Of a DNA stretch of 64,000 bases, positions 62,061-64,000 are shown piece after piece. Position numbers and translations under genes: made by a program. Position 1 is the stretch's first letter, and the number at the start of each line of letters is the position of its first letter. The stretch is from Dimorphilus gyrociliatus (lineage: Eukaryota; Animalia; Annelida), in the NCBI GenBank assembly GCA_904063045.1, contig CAJFCJ010000009.1, positions 1,736,968 to 1,800,967 on the forward strand. Reading direction: 5' to 3'. Under the pieces are notes generated by a model. That model worked only from the letters and a program-made list of their open reading frames with translations, was not told where the DNA came from and made no database searches.

Positions 62061-64000
62061 TTAATCAGCAGTGTTTTCAACACCTTTAAAAAGCGCTTCG
62101 GGTAAATGCAAAGGTTCTTCCAGAGAATCGTGTAGCTCCTCGGAACTTAAAATTTTTTTAATTGGTGAAACTGTTGCACCTGTATCGATTTCTTCCTCCT
62201 CCTCTTCAGTCTTTTCTCCATCGTCTATATCTTTGAATATAGTTTGAACAAGATTGTCTGACCAATGATTGGCGTCCATATTCGGCAGAATATGAGAACT
62301 GGTCTCCCCGTCTTCAACATTCGTCTATTGTTGAATAAATGAAACAGCTATATAACTTAATTGTAAGGCAAAAGAAATGTTTCTAACTTTTGGCACAAAT
62401 CTATAATCAATTAGAGTATCCTCGTCCGACACTAGTTGTCCTTCAGAAGACCATATAGTTTTCCTTACATCAAGTGTTGGTTCAAGCCTAAGACGAAAGG
62501 AGTGGAAATTATTTATTAATAGATTAAGTAGATTATAATACTTTTGACTAGACCATAGTCCAGCACCAATATACATCGATGAATTTCTATCACTATCTGT
62601 TGAGTGATCTCTATTAAATGATCTCAAATCGCTATCTGTCGATATTCTACTGCCGTCAGAAGTGGCCATAGCTTTTGCAGATGGTTTTTTGTAAGGTTTC
62701 GCACCGTTCTGTAAAGAGTCGGCAACCACATCATCCAATTGTGACAAAGTATAATCCTGATTGGAATAATCAAACTTTGCAATGTCGTGTTCAATAGAAC
62801 AACAACAATCTAGTTCGTTCATCTTTGCTCTCAGTAAAAATTCATTAGGTTCGATAGTTTGTAGCATTTCTCTAAAGTAATCATCTTTATTCTTGCAAAA
62901 TTCATGCAAGAGATGAGTAATAATCAAGTCAACGAGAAACATTCGTAAATTCTTATTATTTTTAGATGACTGAAACATGTTTAGCATTCTCAGGAGAATA
63001 CTTTCGCATTCTATATCAGCATCATATCTATAGCTGACCACACACTAAAACAAAATAATTTATTACTTGAATACATTTATCATTGTCTATCTTCAAGTAT
63101 CTTACCAAGACAAGAGTGAATAGAGCATTGTTACTCATTCCATCAGATTCATTATCACACAAAATTGACCACATAGTCTTGACACTCTCTACAAGAATGC
63201 CCTTAGGTTCAAATGACTCACTTCGTAGAGCTTTTAATTTGATATAATGAAAAAAAAATACATTAACATTTTTACTACTCCAACAAAAACGTATTGTATT
63301 TGGTTTCTTATATTTTACCTTCAAAAGCAGTTTCAATCCTATAGCCGCATGATCTAGAAAGAGTTAGTTCCTTCATTTTGCAAATTTTTACAAAGATATT
63401 CATCCATTGTTGACTAACTTGAAAGTATCTAATTTTAGAAAATAAAAACACAACAGCATTAAATAAAAAATAATGCAACCTGTATTCTAATAATAAATCT
63501 AACTGGCTAAATTCATTACCTTTCAATAATTTCATATAAGTATTTCGCTAATTTTTCTTGTTCATGTTTATCATTGGAAGAAGAATCTGTAATTCTTTTT
63601 AATATTTGATAGCAAACGGCAGTGGCATTAGATATGTTTGTAATTAAGAAAAGAATTTCGAACGCCTATTTATAGAAGTATTAAAGTAGAAATGTTGGAA
63701 ATATAAAATTCAAAACTTACTTTTGATCGTATAGAATTATCCTGAATAGTTAAACAGTTAAATAATAAATTCTGGTGTTCAATGCACGACTTTGAATCTA
63801 TTTCAGTCAATTTCAATAAGATATTTAAACCTGAAAATTAAGGAACTTGTTAATATTTTATATAAGAAAATATTTTTTTTTCGTACCAGTTAATAGATTA
63901 TTCGGAAATTGAGATGATAATAACTTCGCGGTGCATTTTTTAATATGGTCAATTAAAAATGGTTGCTCTTTCATTTTAAGAACGCAAATAACGCATTCAT
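62061..64000 (-). CDS. AP4E1: AP-4 complex subunit epsilon, 3' part (5' end beyond the window), divergent and short
   Basis: Adaptin trunk ECVICVL..KKCTAKLL..GLNILLKL..IEHQ..NCLTIQDNSIRSKAFEILFLITN; DYTLSQLDDVVADSLQNGAKPYKKP resembles human DASLSFLDGFVAEGLSQGAAPYKPP; RKTIWSSEG and EALFKG resemble hinge motifs. Confidence 0.8.

Noticed and set aside
1-64000. tRNA, rRNA, CRISPR arrays, prokaryotic operons or defence systems
   Set aside because: No cloverleaf/T-loop context, rRNA-like segment or repeat-spacer array was seen; the window is spliced eukaryotic DNA throughout.

Overview
AT-rich animal genomic DNA from a compact genome (many 50-75 nt GT-AG introns, intergenic gaps often only 90-750 bp). 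The species cannot be determined from the sequence; an AP-4 epsilon gene argues against Drosophila or C. elegans, which lost AP-4, and a small-genome lophotrochozoan is only a guess. About 18 protein-coding genes were reconstructed by hand-splicing. In order: a pseudokinase, MRPS18A, an orphan disordered protein, GALM, EIF2B4, RPL19, fringe, a four-gene DOMON cluster (one DOMON+cytochrome b561 and three DOMON-only proteins with probable GPI anchors), a PDE10A-like phosphodiesterase, ANAPC1, a long coiled-coil protein, a GT61 glycosyltransferase, SSBP1, PI4KA, TECPR2 and the 3' part of AP4E1. A decayed Tc1 transposon lies upstream of the GT61 gene. No tRNA, rRNA or CRISPR array was seen. Best leads: the DOMON array, which resembles the plant AIR12/CYBDOM cell-surface redox pair and includes a very recent internal duplication; a PDE whose invariant purine-binding Gln is Glu; an AP-4 epsilon that appears to lack its ear domain; a catalytically degenerate kinase; and a 30-nt in-frame candidate microexon in PI4KA. 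All homology calls are by motif recognition from memory, not database searches.
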